Virus record (IMG/VR): IMGVR_UViG_3300021255_000114
Location: 231,942 to 295,941 of that record
Direction: 5' to 3' (one strand)
Origin: a virus
Taxonomy: Duplodnaviria > Heunggongvirae > Uroviricota > Caudoviricetes
DNA: 64,000 bases
Made by a program: the position numbers and the translations under genes
The notes under the pieces: generated by a model
What the model was told of the DNA's origin: nothing
Seen by the model: only the letters and a program-made list of their open reading frames with translations
Databases searched by the model: none
Part shown: positions 47,152 through 55,614 of the stretch, piece after piece
How positions within the stretch are numbered: the first letter of the stretch is position 1
Layout: each line of letters begins with the position of its first letter

Positions 47152-47511
47152 TTAATCTATTTTAACCGTATATTTGTAGTTCAGATTACTGTACACAATC
47201 CGCTTCCCTGGGGCATTCACAAGATTGTAGGGACCAAGGTAACCTTGTCTGGTATAACCAGTACACCCGAGAATATACAAATCAAGTTTAGAACCGTCCT
47301 CACTAACGCTAATTACAGCTTTATAGCCCTGGTCTTTGCACGATTTCTTGAAATAATAATCCGTTTGGAAAGGATCCGTTTGGAAAGGAATTGTGTAAGT
47401 AACTGTATCCCCCTCAAAACAATAATCCACACTCCCAGTAACCTGGTGGTGCGACTCCCCGCACGAAACAAACAGGAAAGCCATGAACAAAATATAAACG
47501 AACTTTTTCAT
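47152..47511 (-). CDS. lipoprotein (paralog pair with 47762..48142)
   Basis: MKKFVYILFMAFLFVSCGES. Confidence 0.55.
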   Translation of the reverse strand: MKKFVYILFMAFLFVSCGESHHQVTGSVDYCFEGDTVTYTIPFQTDPFQTDYYFKKSCKDQGYKAVISVSEDGSKLDLYILGCTGYTRQGYLGPYNLVNAPGKRIVYSNLNYKYTVKID

Positions 47512-47524
47512 AATTAAATTTAAA

Positions 47525-47734
47525 TTAAAATTTTACCTGCGGAATGGACGATATTATACCAGCTTCCTTGTAAGCTGTCGTCGCACCAACGGAACTCCCG
47601 TCTTCGAATTGGAAAAGCGACACACCGAACGCATTGTATTTTACATTGGCTAAGTTGCACTCCCTGGCTAACATTCCCAATCCATAGCAGAATCTCTCTG
47701 CATCACACATTTCCCTTGTCTTTGGTATATCCAT
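47525..47734 (-). CDS. hypothetical small protein
   Basis: 69-aa ORF. Confidence 0.4.
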   Translation of the reverse strand: MDIPKTREMCDAERFCYGLGMLARECNLANVKYNAFGVSLFQFEDGSSVGATTAYKEAGIISSIPQVKF

Positions 47735-47761
47735 ATATTATTATCTACTTTTATTATTATT

Positions 47762-48142
47762 TTATTTATATCTTATGAAAACAAATTCATGATGCGGATA
47801 GAACTTCTCCTTGAATATACCCACAACAGGTTTCCTGCCGTTACCTGCCCTCTGCGCAATATCCACACTGCTACATCTGTCAACCGAACCATCATAGGGC
47901 AAAGGACAACAATCGTAGACACCGTTTCCTTTGAAATCCACCATGATATGGTGATTCTTGTGATGACCACCCATTACATTGAACTCCCTCAACACAGGCT
48001 GACTGTACCGAAGCAGAACCGAATCCCCGCCATCATACCTCCATACATAAATGTATTCCGAATCCTGTCTCTCCACCCTGTCTGCCTTTCCGCACGAAAC
48101 AAATAGCAAAGCCATGAATAAAATATAAACGAGCTTTTTCAT
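47762..48142 (-). CDS. lipoprotein (paralog of 47152..47511)
   Basis: Start placed at MKKLVYILFMALLFVSCGK; the longer listed N-terminus overlaps the upstream gene. Confidence 0.55.
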   Translation of the reverse strand: MKKLVYILFMALLFVSCGKADRVERQDSEYIYVWRYDGGDSVLLRYSQPVLREFNVMGGHHKNHHIMVDFKGNGVYDCCPLPYDGSVDRCSSVDIAQRAGNGRKPVVGIFKEKFYPHHEFVFIRYK

Positions 48143-48146
48143 ATAA

Positions 48147-48473
48147 TTAAATTGAAATTTCGTTAACAACCTCAATGGATTCCAGGTCTTCATATACAAT
48201 ACTGATTTTTTTATTATCTGAAATCAATTCGTCCACATCACCAATCCATGACAGGCTTCTTAATCCGAACATGTCAGAGTCCGCATATTCCATCACGCCT
48301 TCCACAACAAATACCTTGCCACACCAACGGTATCCAACACGCAACTTGCGGCCCACATACGGTTTCATTATGTCCGACTTAGGCATACTGGACAAGGCAA
48401 CACCAGCTTCATATGCTTTCGCCTCGGCTTCATGAAGCGCCCGTACTTTATCCATCATCTCATTAAAACCCAT
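48147..48473 (-). CDS. hypothetical protein
   Basis: Start moved to the internal MGFNEMMDK, because the promoter copy at 48493-48512 lies only 3 nt from the listed ATG. Confidence 0.45.
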   Translation of the reverse strand: MGFNEMMDKVRALHEAEAKAYEAGVALSSMPKSDIMKPYVGRKLRVGYRWCGKVFVVEGVMEYADSDMFGLRSLSWIGDVDELISDNKKISIVYEDLESIEVVNEISI

Positions 48474-48492
48474 ATGTCTGTATTTTTTAATT

Positions 48493-48512
48493 TTCAACAC
48501 CGTAAAGATACC
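48493..48512 (-). promoter_or_regulatory. conserved phage promoter copy
   Basis: ttcaacaccgtaaagatacc. Confidence 0.5.
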
Positions 48513-48518
48513 AAAAAG

Positions 48519-48544
48519 AATCCAATATATATAATACCGGATTC
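48519..48544 (-). terminator. intrinsic terminator (GAATCC...GGATTC followed by a T-run)
   Basis: Hairpin with A5 on the plus side, downstream of the 48574 gene. Confidence 0.5.
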
Positions 48545-48573
48545 TTAATAAATCTTAAACAAGCCACCACCGA

Positions 48574-48846
48574 TTACTTTTTTTCAACAAAAACAACCTT
48601 CCCCTCCATTACCCCGAATCTGGAATCCTCCTGAAACACCTTTCTCTTCGGCTCGTACCCTGGTTCCATAGGCTCGGTCAAATACCATAGGGAAGCCTCT
48701 TTCCACGTAACCTCCATAAGCTTTTGACCCGGCTCGAGATCTATCACGGATGTACCGCCATATCTGCGAGTGCGGAGATTTTCAGTACAACTGCAACAAG
48801 CAAGCAGCAAAATGCCAATGGCAATAACAATTAAAGTCTTTTTCAT
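48574..48846 (-). CDS. small lipoprotein
   Basis: MKKTLIVIAIGILLLACCSC. Confidence 0.5.
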   Translation of the reverse strand: MKKTLIVIAIGILLLACCSCTENLRTRRYGGTSVIDLEPGQKLMEVTWKEASLWYLTEPMEPGYEPKRKVFQEDSRFGVMEGKVVFVEKK

Positions 48847-48872
48847 ATCAATCTATGTTAAATTAACAAAAA

Positions 48873-49295
48873 TTAAAGCTGTTCAATTTCCTTGCACTTG
48901 AGAGCACGCATCATAAACGTAACCCAATCACATTCACTGTACAGGCCATTCTTGTCCTCATAACTCCACGACAACAACTCACTGTCATCCTCCATCGGAA
49001 ACGTTAAAGTTACATTGTCCTTCATCACACATTTATCCCCCATTATCTCTATGCTCTCACCCGTTATGGTAACGTAATCCTTCCCAATCTCACTCGACTT
49101 GACATGGAACATCCTTTCATATGAACCGGCATGGTATTTTATGTATTCATGCGTCCTGTGGACAATCTCCCAATATTTACAATAATCCCCCAACGTCCCG
49201 TTATATTCCTGAAGGGATTCGTAATATTCCTCTTCAGCCTTGACCATCCTGTCCTGCGCCCTCAAATGACGCGTGGGGTCGATCCTCCTACCCAT
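48873..49295 (-). CDS. hypothetical protein
   Basis: 140-aa ORF. Confidence 0.5.
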   Translation of the reverse strand: MGRRIDPTRHLRAQDRMVKAEEEYYESLQEYNGTLGDYCKYWEIVHRTHEYIKYHAGSYERMFHVKSSEIGKDYVTITGESIEIMGDKCVMKDNVTLTFPMEDDSELLSWSYEDKNGLYSECDWVTFMMRALKCKEIEQL

Positions 49296-49298
49296 ATA

Positions 49299-49556
49299 TC
49301 AATTAAAAAACAGTTTAAGTTTTTCCTGTACATTTAAATCAAGTATTTCACAGAATGTACCACATACATCAAGGTTAGGTATAACACTGCGGCATTTGTC
49401 ATTCAAAGCACAAATGTCACAATTATGCCCTCTCTCTTCAAATCCATCAGGACTTTTCGTTACTTTGGATAATCGGTATGTAATTCCGTCGATTTCAAGA
49501 GAAGCGTTGTCAAACTCTTCAAACTCAACATCACTAAGATTATATACATCATTCAT
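49299..49556 (-). CDS. Cys-rich small protein
   Basis: CDICALNDKC...CGTFC. Confidence 0.45.
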   Translation of the reverse strand: MNDVYNLSDVEFEEFDNASLEIDGITYRLSKVTKSPDGFEERGHNCDICALNDKCRSVIPNLDVCGTFCEILDLNVQEKLKLFFN

Positions 49557-49852
49557 ATTAAATAGTGCTTTTTTGCATACTCATTAAAACGTTCAGCAGC
49601 CTCTTTAAAACTGTTGAACTTAACACCAAACATATTGTAAGTGCTTGTATTCGACTTGCCAATGATAATCTTTGTATCCTTGCTACGATCAAGCGTGAAG
49701 TACGAAAATCCGGCCATACCAATTCTATCAGTGGGAATGAAGGTTATCGCACCTCCATGGTACGCACTACGTCCAACCATATAAGAGCCTTCAAGATACC
49801 CCAAAAACTCAAGAATCTCTTCCGTTGTGAATTTGTCATTCGAAAGTTCCAT
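49553..49852 (-). CDS. hypothetical protein
   Basis: 99-aa ORF. Confidence 0.45.
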   Translation of the reverse strand: MELSNDKFTTEEILEFLGYLEGSYMVGRSAYHGGAITFIPTDRIGMAGFSYFTLDRSKDTKIIIGKSNTSTYNMFGVKFNSFKEAAERFNEYAKKHYLI

Positions 49853-49863
49853 ATCAATCTATT

Positions 49864-50151
49864 TTATTTTTTCTCTACAGGTATTGCAAAACGACTACAA
49901 TCATGGCCACAAACTTCTTTAAAGTTTATATGGTCAATGCGTCCGCTACCCTCATTAATATGCAGTTCATGAAGCACATAATATCGCTCTTTCTCGCTTT
50001 TCTCAGGACGATATTCAATAACTAAAATACCCCCATCCTCAACCCAGTCATCATAATAGTGTTCGGGCTGGCAAACATAAATTAACACATTATGCTTTGA
50101 ATGTGAATAAGTGTAACGACATTCGTGAAATCTTACTTCTTGTGCTACCAT
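49864..50151 (-). CDS. hypothetical protein
   Basis: 95-aa ORF with a promoter copy 28 nt upstream. Confidence 0.5.
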   Translation of the reverse strand: MVAQEVRFHECRYTYSHSKHNVLIYVCQPEHYYDDWVEDGGILVIEYRPEKSEKERYYVLHELHINEGSGRIDHINFKEVCGHDCSRFAIPVEKK

Positions 50152-50168
50152 AATTTACTTTCTTTTAA

Positions 50169-50188
50169 TTCAACACTGCAAAGATACC
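50169..50188 (-). promoter_or_regulatory. conserved phage promoter copy
   Basis: ttcaacactgcaaagatacc. Confidence 0.55.
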
Positions 50189-50194
50189 AAAAAA

Positions 50195-50220
50195 ATCCGA
50201 TATGCAAACATACCGGATTA
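50195..50220 (-). terminator. intrinsic terminator (ATCCG...CGGAT followed by a T-run)
   Basis: Hairpin plus A7 on the plus side, downstream of the 50255 gene. Confidence 0.5.
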
Positions 50221-50254
50221 TTAAAAATCACTAATCAAACCAATACATCCACAA

Positions 50255-50806
50255 CTACATGGCCATATAAACCTTCTCCAAGTCAGGAACAGACAACCCG
50301 CTCATGCACACATGTTCAGTTTGATAGTTTATAATATCATCTATACCAAAGCAATCCTTTGTGAAATACTCCATATCTACAGACCTGCCAATAGACTCCA
50401 AATCGAGATTCACCGGATTATTATAATGAAGATACTTATCACACCTCTCAGACAGCTTCCTGTGAATTTTTGCCATAATATCACGCTTCTCTTTCTCTTC
50501 TGAAGTGTATCGCTCAACAACACCCACCTCAATCACCTCAAAACAATCCGGAACAGGACGATTCCTCATCATCGAATCAATACTCCACCTGCCATCACTG
50601 TATACATTCACCATCTTCACCCCAGACTCGTTATCCGCAGTTTTAAACAGTAATGTAACACTACCTTCAGTACCGGCACCATTAATGCCAGTTCCACAAA
50701 AATCACCGTACGACTTCATTTCTTTTCCATTACTCCTGTCCACAATGACAAGGTACGGCCTCTTGTCCCATGAACAAAGTTCATTTAAATTACACTTGAT
50801 TTCCAT
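50255..50806 (-). CDS. hypothetical protein
   Basis: 183-aa ORF. Confidence 0.5.
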   Translation of the reverse strand: MEIKCNLNELCSWDKRPYLVIVDRSNGKEMKSYGDFCGTGINGAGTEGSVTLLFKTADNESGVKMVNVYSDGRWSIDSMMRNRPVPDCFEVIEVGVVERYTSEEKEKRDIMAKIHRKLSERCDKYLHYNNPVNLDLESIGRSVDMEYFTKDCFGIDDIINYQTEHVCMSGLSVPDLEKVYMAM

Positions 50807-50830
50807 AATGTTTTTATTATTTGTTTTATT

Positions 50831-51493
50831 TCACTTCTTGATATGTAACCCGTCATCCATGTCCTCCTCCTTGTCACCCCTCTTCCGTCTCTTCCTGTAA
50901 TCCATGTCATCATACAAATACCACTTGAACTTCTTCCACGCAGCCCAATTCTCCGTCACAATCTCCGACCACCGCCTAAGCAACTTGCACTGATCAGCAG
51001 TGTACACATCAGCCTTCCCTGACTCCACAAACAACCACTCCTTCGTGGCAGACAACCCGACAGTAGTCAATAGCCTGTATATGGACCCCCTCAACTCACC
51101 CATCCACTTGCGAAACTCCGGCGTGAACTTTATAAACCAAGTTATCTTCCCATAAGCACCCGTCCTCTTCGCATACCTCCACCCACTCTGACATTTCTCA
51201 TAAAACTCCTCACTGCAACAGTATTTCTTCGCCTCCTCCAACACACTCTCCTCAGTCCAATTGTCACGACGCATCCCCTCTAACCACGTGTACGACTCAA
51301 GCCACCCATTACGCTTCGCCTTGCGGTACGCCGCCTCTTCCGACTTGTAAAAATCCTTTAACGTCTTGTACCTCCGAGCCTCCGCCCGTACACGTGCCTC
51401 AGTCCAATAAGACACCCTGCCACACCTTCTGCTTTTCTTTGCCATTTTACAATATTTTCCCTTTCTCTCCTTACGGATAATGCCCCCAAACAT
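50831..51493 (-). CDS. basic repeat-containing protein (two WTE...Y(K/R)KAKR(N/T)G units)
   Basis: 220 aa, Lys/Arg-rich, with internal duplicated units. Confidence 0.5.
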   Translation of the reverse strand: MFGGIIRKERKGKYCKMAKKSRRCGRVSYWTEARVRAEARRYKTLKDFYKSEEAAYRKAKRNGWLESYTWLEGMRRDNWTEESVLEEAKKYCCSEEFYEKCQSGWRYAKRTGAYGKITWFIKFTPEFRKWMGELRGSIYRLLTTVGLSATKEWLFVESGKADVYTADQCKLLRRWSEIVTENWAAWKKFKWYLYDDMDYRKRRKRGDKEEDMDDGLHIKK

Positions 51494-51795
51494 AAAAACC
51501 CCACCACTAAAACACTACCCGAATTATTTTATTGATAAATACATTTAAAAATATTTTTGCGTATCACGTGGATTTCTAATTAGTTACACAACAGTGGAAA
51601 TTTTAGGCAAGATTTGGCAAATTTTGGGCGTTTTTGCAAGGATTGAATATCAGAGGGTTACGAGCGGCTACATTTCAGAAAGGTCTTAATCTCTAACCAA
51701 ATATCACAGAAAGAAATTGTCCCGTTTCTCCCTTCTCCATATCCGGAAAAAAAATTCCGGCAAAACATTCACCGGAAACTAACCCGCCATTTTAT

Positions 51796-51811
51796 TGTTT
51801 CACGTGAAACA
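51796..51811. promoter_or_regulatory. 16-bp perfect palindrome TGTTTCACGTGAAACA (operator-like)
   Basis: Lies inside a 365-bp non-coding region; a second copy is at 62767-62784. Confidence 0.4.
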
Positions 51812-51841
51812 TTGCCATAATATATTAATATACAATAAATT

Positions 51842-51857
51842 AGACACATTCGTGTCT
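51842..51857. promoter_or_regulatory. palindromic element AGACACATTCGTGTCT (one of five GACACnnnnGTGTC sites)
   Basis: Starts 2 nt after the stop codon of the upstream minus-strand gene. Confidence 0.4.
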
Positions 51858-51858
51858 T

Positions 51859-52110
51859 TTATGGCTTAAGGGAATAGGGTTGTGGTTTTGCGGATTCTAT
51901 GATTTGTTTTACGGCGTCAGTGATAAGCACATCGACATTGTCGGGTTTTTCCCTGGCGCACATATAGGCTTGTGTGTCGGACTTGTTGGTGAATAAGAGT
52001 GTGCCGCCGTTGTCGTCTTGGCGGTATTTGGTTATGTTGTTGATGTTGAGACGGACTTTTGCGCCGGTTTGCCGGCCGGTAAGTGTGATAAAGATGGGTA
52101 ATTGTATCAT
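51859..52110 (-). CDS. hypothetical protein
   Basis: Start placed at the internal MIQLPIFITL so that the upstream gene's stop (52112) and this start abut. The listed extension would overlap that upstream gene. Confidence 0.4.
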   Translation of the reverse strand: MIQLPIFITLTGRQTGAKVRLNINNITKYRQDDNGGTLLFTNKSDTQAYMCAREKPDNVDVLITDAVKQIIESAKPQPYSLKP

Positions 52111-52111
52111 G

Positions 52112-52384
52112 TTACTTGCGGTTTGTTTTGCGTGATGCTCGTTGTGTTCTTCTTGCCTTGTGCTTTTTGCGTTCGTGTTTTTTGGCCGGGGTTTGGTTTG
52201 TGCCGGTACGTTTTTTGTGTTGGGGTTCGGTGGCGTTGACCAAATTGTAGTAGTTCCACAGATCATCCGAGGAATGTTCTATGGTTTCCGGTTTGGGGAG
52301 TGCATCGTTTTCGGCCGTGCCGGTGATGCTTGCCAAATTCGTTTCTTTGCTATTCATATGATTTGTTTGTTTTTGATATTTCAA
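52112..52384 (-). CDS. hypothetical protein with a highly basic C-terminus
   Basis: Ends KKHERKKHKARRTQRASRKTNRK; the gene sits in a relatively GC-rich stretch. Confidence 0.45.
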   Translation of the reverse strand: MKYQKQTNHMNSKETNLASITGTAENDALPKPETIEHSSDDLWNYYNLVNATEPQHKKRTGTNQTPAKKHERKKHKARRTQRASRKTNRK

Positions 52385-52392
52385 ATATACTA

Positions 52393-52956
52393 TTAATTTT
52401 TCAATTTCTGCAATTTTTGGCTTAGCATTTTTCTAAGGGTTTCGATTTGGTTTTGTGTAAGGAGTGTTTCTGTCTTGAGTTTGGAGAGTTCGATAACGCT
52501 GCTTTCATATTCCTCATATGTTTTAAGCCCGTTTATCAGGTTTTGATAGTGTACCCAAGCCTTGCGTTTCTCCCCACGTGAGGGTTTACTGCCATTAGTG
52601 TCAGCGTTCGTTTTAGGGAAGTTTTCTTCCCTTTTAAGGAAGTTTTCTTCCCTTTTAAGGAAGTTTTCTTCCTCTTTTATCGACTCTTCATCATTAAGGA
52701 AGTTTTCTTCCCTTTTAGGGAAATTTTGTTCCTCTTTAGGGAAATTTATTTCCCCTTTTAATTTTTTGTTGATTGAGTTTCTGTGGTTGCTTACCTGCCG
52801 TATGGTTATATTCATAATGGAGGCGATATCCTCTCTGAGGATTTTGGGATATTGTGTTTCTATTGCCATAAGGAATTTTTCCTCCAATGTGAACCGTTTA
52901 TCCTGCAATATGTCATATGGAATGTGCAGGTCCGTGATAACGTAATTTCTATGCAT
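52393..52956 (-). CDS. HTH DNA-binding protein containing REENFLK heptad repeats encoded by the iteron array
   Basis: HTH-like ILREDIASIMNITIRQVSNHRNS, followed by six 7-aa repeats. Confidence 0.55.
   Translation of the reverse strand: MHRNYVITDLHIPYDILQDKRFTLEEKFLMAIETQYPKILREDIASIMNITIRQVSNHRNSINKKLKGEINFPKEEQNFPKREENFLNDEESIKEEENFLKREENFLKREENFPKTNADTNGSKPSRGEKRKAWVHYQNLINGLKTYEEYESSVIELSKLKTETLLTQNQIETLRKMLSQKLQKLKN
52615..52758. repeat. six tandem 21-bp iterons (AAGGAAGTTTTCTTCCCTTTT, each with a GGAAG/CTTCC inverted core) inside the coding region
   Basis: Direct tandem repeats at 21-bp (two helical turns) spacing, with an 18-bp spacer after the third copy. Confidence 0.7.
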
Positions 52957-52985
52957 GTCTTCAATGGTTTATCTACACATAGATA

Positions 52986-53027
52986 TAAGGAAGTTTTCTT
53001 CCCTTTTAAGGAAGTTTATTTCCTTCA
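52986..53027. repeat. two further iteron copies in the 5' UTR of the HTH gene
   Basis: The same 21-mer occurs twice between the promoter -7 box (53032-53041) and the ATG at 52956. Confidence 0.65.
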
Positions 53028-53041
53028 ATATTGCAAAGATA
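53022..53041 (-). promoter_or_regulatory. conserved phage promoter copy
   Basis: ttcaatattgcaaagatact. Confidence 0.5.
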
Positions 53042-53089
53042 CTGTTTATTTTGTTTGGGGTGTAATGCCGGCATGTTAAAGTGTGTTAT

Positions 53090-53105
53090 TTAGACACAAT
53101 CGTGT
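53090..53105. promoter_or_regulatory. palindromic element AGACACAATCGTGTCT
   Basis: Second of five GACACnnnnGTGTC sites. Confidence 0.4.
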
Positions 53106-53124
53106 CTTTATGGGGGATGTGGTG

Positions 53125-53334
53125 TCAGACTTCGCCCGCGCCGATTGATATTGCTTCCAATTCCCCGTTGAACGAGACGATTTTTTCGATTCCGTTCGGT
53201 TGGAAGTATGCCATTTCGTCAATTATTCCGGGTGCGTCGATATTTTCTATCATAACGGGTTTGTCACCGCTGCCGGGGTTGTCGTCCCTGAATTTGACAA
53301 GGAGTTCAATGAATTGGTTTAAGGATGTTTCCAT
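53125..53334 (-). CDS. hypothetical small protein
   Basis: 69-aa ORF. Confidence 0.4.
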   Translation of the reverse strand: METSLNQFIELLVKFRDDNPGSGDKPVMIENIDAPGIIDEMAYFQPNGIEKIVSFNGELEAISIGAGEV

Positions 53335-53437
53335 TTATATTATGTTTTTGGTGATACTGTTTTTTTTTTTTGTTTTCTGTGCCTTCGGGCATTCCGAAAC
53401 GGGAGTCTTCTTGGAATGCCTTGGTGGTTGGTGTAGA

Positions 53438-53764
53438 CTAAATCAATTTGCAGAATTTGAGTGCTGTAATGAGTTCGTCTTCTGTTTTGATGGTTGAGGA
53501 GATGTCGATAGATTCATCCGGTGTTTCGAGGGTATAGGTATACATCCATTTGGTGTTGTCTTCAAGGGGCCACATGGCGAACATTCGTTTGGATATTCCC
53601 TTCATATAGTACATTTCCTCGTTTTCTTCGAGGATATTGTATTTTTGGAGGAGTTCCTTTGTTATTTGCATTGGGGTTTCTTTTGATTTCATTTCATGTA
53701 GTTTTGACAGGTCGATGCCTACACCGCCTCCATAGAAACACGTATGGTTCAGATGGTTTAGCAT
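53438..53764 (-). CDS. hypothetical protein
   Basis: 108-aa ORF. Confidence 0.45.
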   Translation of the reverse strand: MLNHLNHTCFYGGGVGIDLSKLHEMKSKETPMQITKELLQKYNILEENEEMYYMKGISKRMFAMWPLEDNTKWMYTYTLETPDESIDISSTIKTEDELITALKFCKLI

Positions 53765-53767
53765 ATG

Positions 53768-54040
53768 TCAGTTGACTTTTATTGAATTATCTTGGTGAAG
53801 GCGGTCATACAATTCCTTGGATATCTCGTTCATGGAAACGATTCCTGCACGAGGGAGCGGATTGAGCCCGTCAAGGTACTCCTCGAAACTTTCGTTCATC
53901 TCCTCGGTAATGCGGTCTATTACATCGTCCCAATTGTCGTTCTTGCCGATGGCATATGTATCACTATATTCAAACGTACTACCGAAGTAATTGGACTTGG
54001 CACAGATAAATACGTAGATGTTTTCGTCTTTTCCTTCCAT
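53768..54040 (-). CDS. hypothetical protein
   Basis: 90-aa ORF. Confidence 0.45.
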   Translation of the reverse strand: MEGKDENIYVFICAKSNYFGSTFEYSDTYAIGKNDNWDDVIDRITEEMNESFEEYLDGLNPLPRAGIVSMNEISKELYDRLHQDNSIKVN

Positions 54041-54041
54041 A

Positions 54042-54239
54042 TCAGTTGATTTCGATTGAGTTGTTCGATTGAGGTTGGATTGAGAGTCTTGATTTCCCGT
54101 ACTTGATGAGTTTGATTTCCCCTTCGGGGGTTTCGAGTAGGGAGTACATTGTGTCGGAGTTATTTTCCATTTTGGTGGCGGATAGATAGATTGAATCCAC
54201 TTCGATAGGTTCGCTATTAATACTTGTCTTAATATACAT
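54042..54239 (-). CDS. hypothetical small protein
   Basis: 65-aa ORF. Confidence 0.4.
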   Translation of the reverse strand: MYIKTSINSEPIEVDSIYLSATKMENNSDTMYSLLETPEGEIKLIKYGKSRLSIQPQSNNSIEIN

Positions 54240-54265
54240 AATGAAGGTGTTTTTTGATTTATGAA

Positions 54266-54583
54266 TTACATGTCATCCAATTCGCAGTAGGTGTCGTAAA
54301 GTGTATCTGCCATGAGTATGGATGCCTCTTCCATTTCCTCCTTGGAAAGAGTCTGTTCCGGTGTCAGAAGAAGCCCATTGAATTCCTCGTTCATTGCATA
54401 TGTGTCATCGGCGAGGTCGAGTTGGTTGAAGCATTCCTCCTTTATGGTGTCATAGTCAATGGAATGTCCGTCATCGGTGTATATCCAATCAGTGGGGTCA
54501 TCCATTACATGAAGGAGTGTTCCTGTTTCGGCATCCATAAGGTGCCACTTGTAGTATGACGGTATAAACTTGAATTGCCTCAT
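54266..54583 (-). CDS. hypothetical protein
   Basis: Start moved to the internal MRQFKF, which gives a TAA-A-ATG junction with the upstream gene. Confidence 0.45.
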   Translation of the reverse strand: MRQFKFIPSYYKWHLMDAETGTLLHVMDDPTDWIYTDDGHSIDYDTIKEECFNQLDLADDTYAMNEEFNGLLLTPEQTLSKEEMEEASILMADTLYDTYCELDDM

Positions 54584-54584
54584 T

Positions 54585-55031
54585 TTAGTTGTTTTCCTTG
54601 ATATATGACGGGCGTTTTTGGACAAAGTCTCTGACGAGGTTTTCCATATCGTCGAGGATATATTCACCGCAATCGATTATTTGGCCGCAACCAAAATCTT
54701 TGTCATAGTCGTATTTGGATTTCCTTCCATTCCACATTTCGTCGACTGAAGGGGTGTTCATCGTGTTTCTGTCGGATTTGAGGACGATAAGTTCGTCGGA
54801 ATTACGATGCTCGTAGACGGCATAATTCATTAGGATTTCACCTCCGATTCTGAGTCTGAACACATATCCCTGCTCCCTGCAATTCTCATATCTCCCCACT
54901 TCGATTTCTGGTTCGGTGATTAGATTATGGGTTGCTTCCCTCACTCTGAAAGTGAGGGAACGGATATAGGCGAGGACGGCTTGGGCTTGCCAATTTGCAC
55001 CGTCGTTCATATAGTATTCTACGTTAATCAT
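54585..55031 (-). CDS. hypothetical protein
   Basis: 148-aa ORF. Confidence 0.5.
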   Translation of the reverse strand: MINVEYYMNDGANWQAQAVLAYIRSLTFRVREATHNLITEPEIEVGRYENCREQGYVFRLRIGGEILMNYAVYEHRNSDELIVLKSDRNTMNTPSVDEMWNGRKSKYDYDKDFGCGQIIDCGEYILDDMENLVRDFVQKRPSYIKENN

Positions 55032-55180
55032 AATATACCTTTTTTCTTTAGTTTTTTGTAATCGTTTACTATTTCGCGACGGGTTATCTTAAGTGGTTTT
55101 CCCGTTCGTTTTTCCTCTTGTTCCGTCTTTATTTCAACGGACATCATAAGATTGAATAAATCATTTGCGTTCAAAGCCAT
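55028..55180 (-). CDS. small basic protein (50 aa)
   Basis: Unlisted ORF MALNANDLFNLMMSVEIKTEQEEKRTGKPLKITRREIVNDYKKLKKKGIL. A promoter copy lies 25 nt upstream, and its stop overlaps the next gene as ATGA. Confidence 0.4.
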   Translation of the reverse strand: MALNANDLFNLMMSVEIKTEQEEKRTGKPLKITRREIVNDYKKLKKKGIL

Positions 55181-55194
55181 ATTTTATATCTTTT

Positions 55195-55214
55195 TTCAAC
55201 ATTGCAAAGATAAA
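55195..55214 (-). promoter_or_regulatory. conserved phage promoter copy
   Basis: ttcaacattgcaaagataaa. Confidence 0.5.
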
Positions 55215-55445
55215 TAAAAGAATTGAAGTATGTAATGCCGGATTAATAATAATTGTTAAAAACCGGTATGTTATATTAATTAAGTTTCCGGCTTATGTTA
55301 AAAATTTGTGCATATGAGAAAAATTGGTTATCTTACCCGTGTTGAAGGGGAGGTAGTATAGTCAGTGTATTATTGTTTAATAATAAAAAGAAAAGCGGGC
55401 CGGCCAATAGGTCAGTCCGCGTAAAACCCCAAGACAGGAAGTGGA

Positions 55446-55598
55446 TTATCGCTGCATGAAATAGCCCGTGGTGTTCTGGGCGATGCTTCCGCGATAGGCA
55501 GGGCAAGTCCGGTGTGCACAGCTCGTAAGCATAAACACAATGGCGGCGATTGCCAAGACAATGATAAGCGTGATGATTTTTCTGAGCAATTTGAACAT
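55446..55598 (-). CDS. small membrane protein or lipoprotein (50 aa)
   Basis: Unlisted GC-rich ORF MFKLLRKIITLIIVLAIAAIVFMLTSCAHRTCPAYRG. Confidence 0.35.
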   Translation of the reverse strand: MFKLLRKIITLIIVLAIAAIVFMLTSCAHRTCPAYRGSIAQNTTGYFMQR

Positions 55599-55614
55599 AA
55601 TTGTTTTGTTTTAC

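Noticed and set aside
51859-52384. Programmed frameshift fusing 52112-52384 and 51859-52266.
   Set aside because: An internal ATG at 52110 places the downstream start 1 nt after the upstream stop. That is the usual tight junction here, so no slippery site is needed.
52615-52758. The tandem 21-mers as a CRISPR-like or minisatellite array.
   Set aside because: There are no spacers: the repeats are directly tandem and in-frame within a gene. They were interpreted as iterons or operators.
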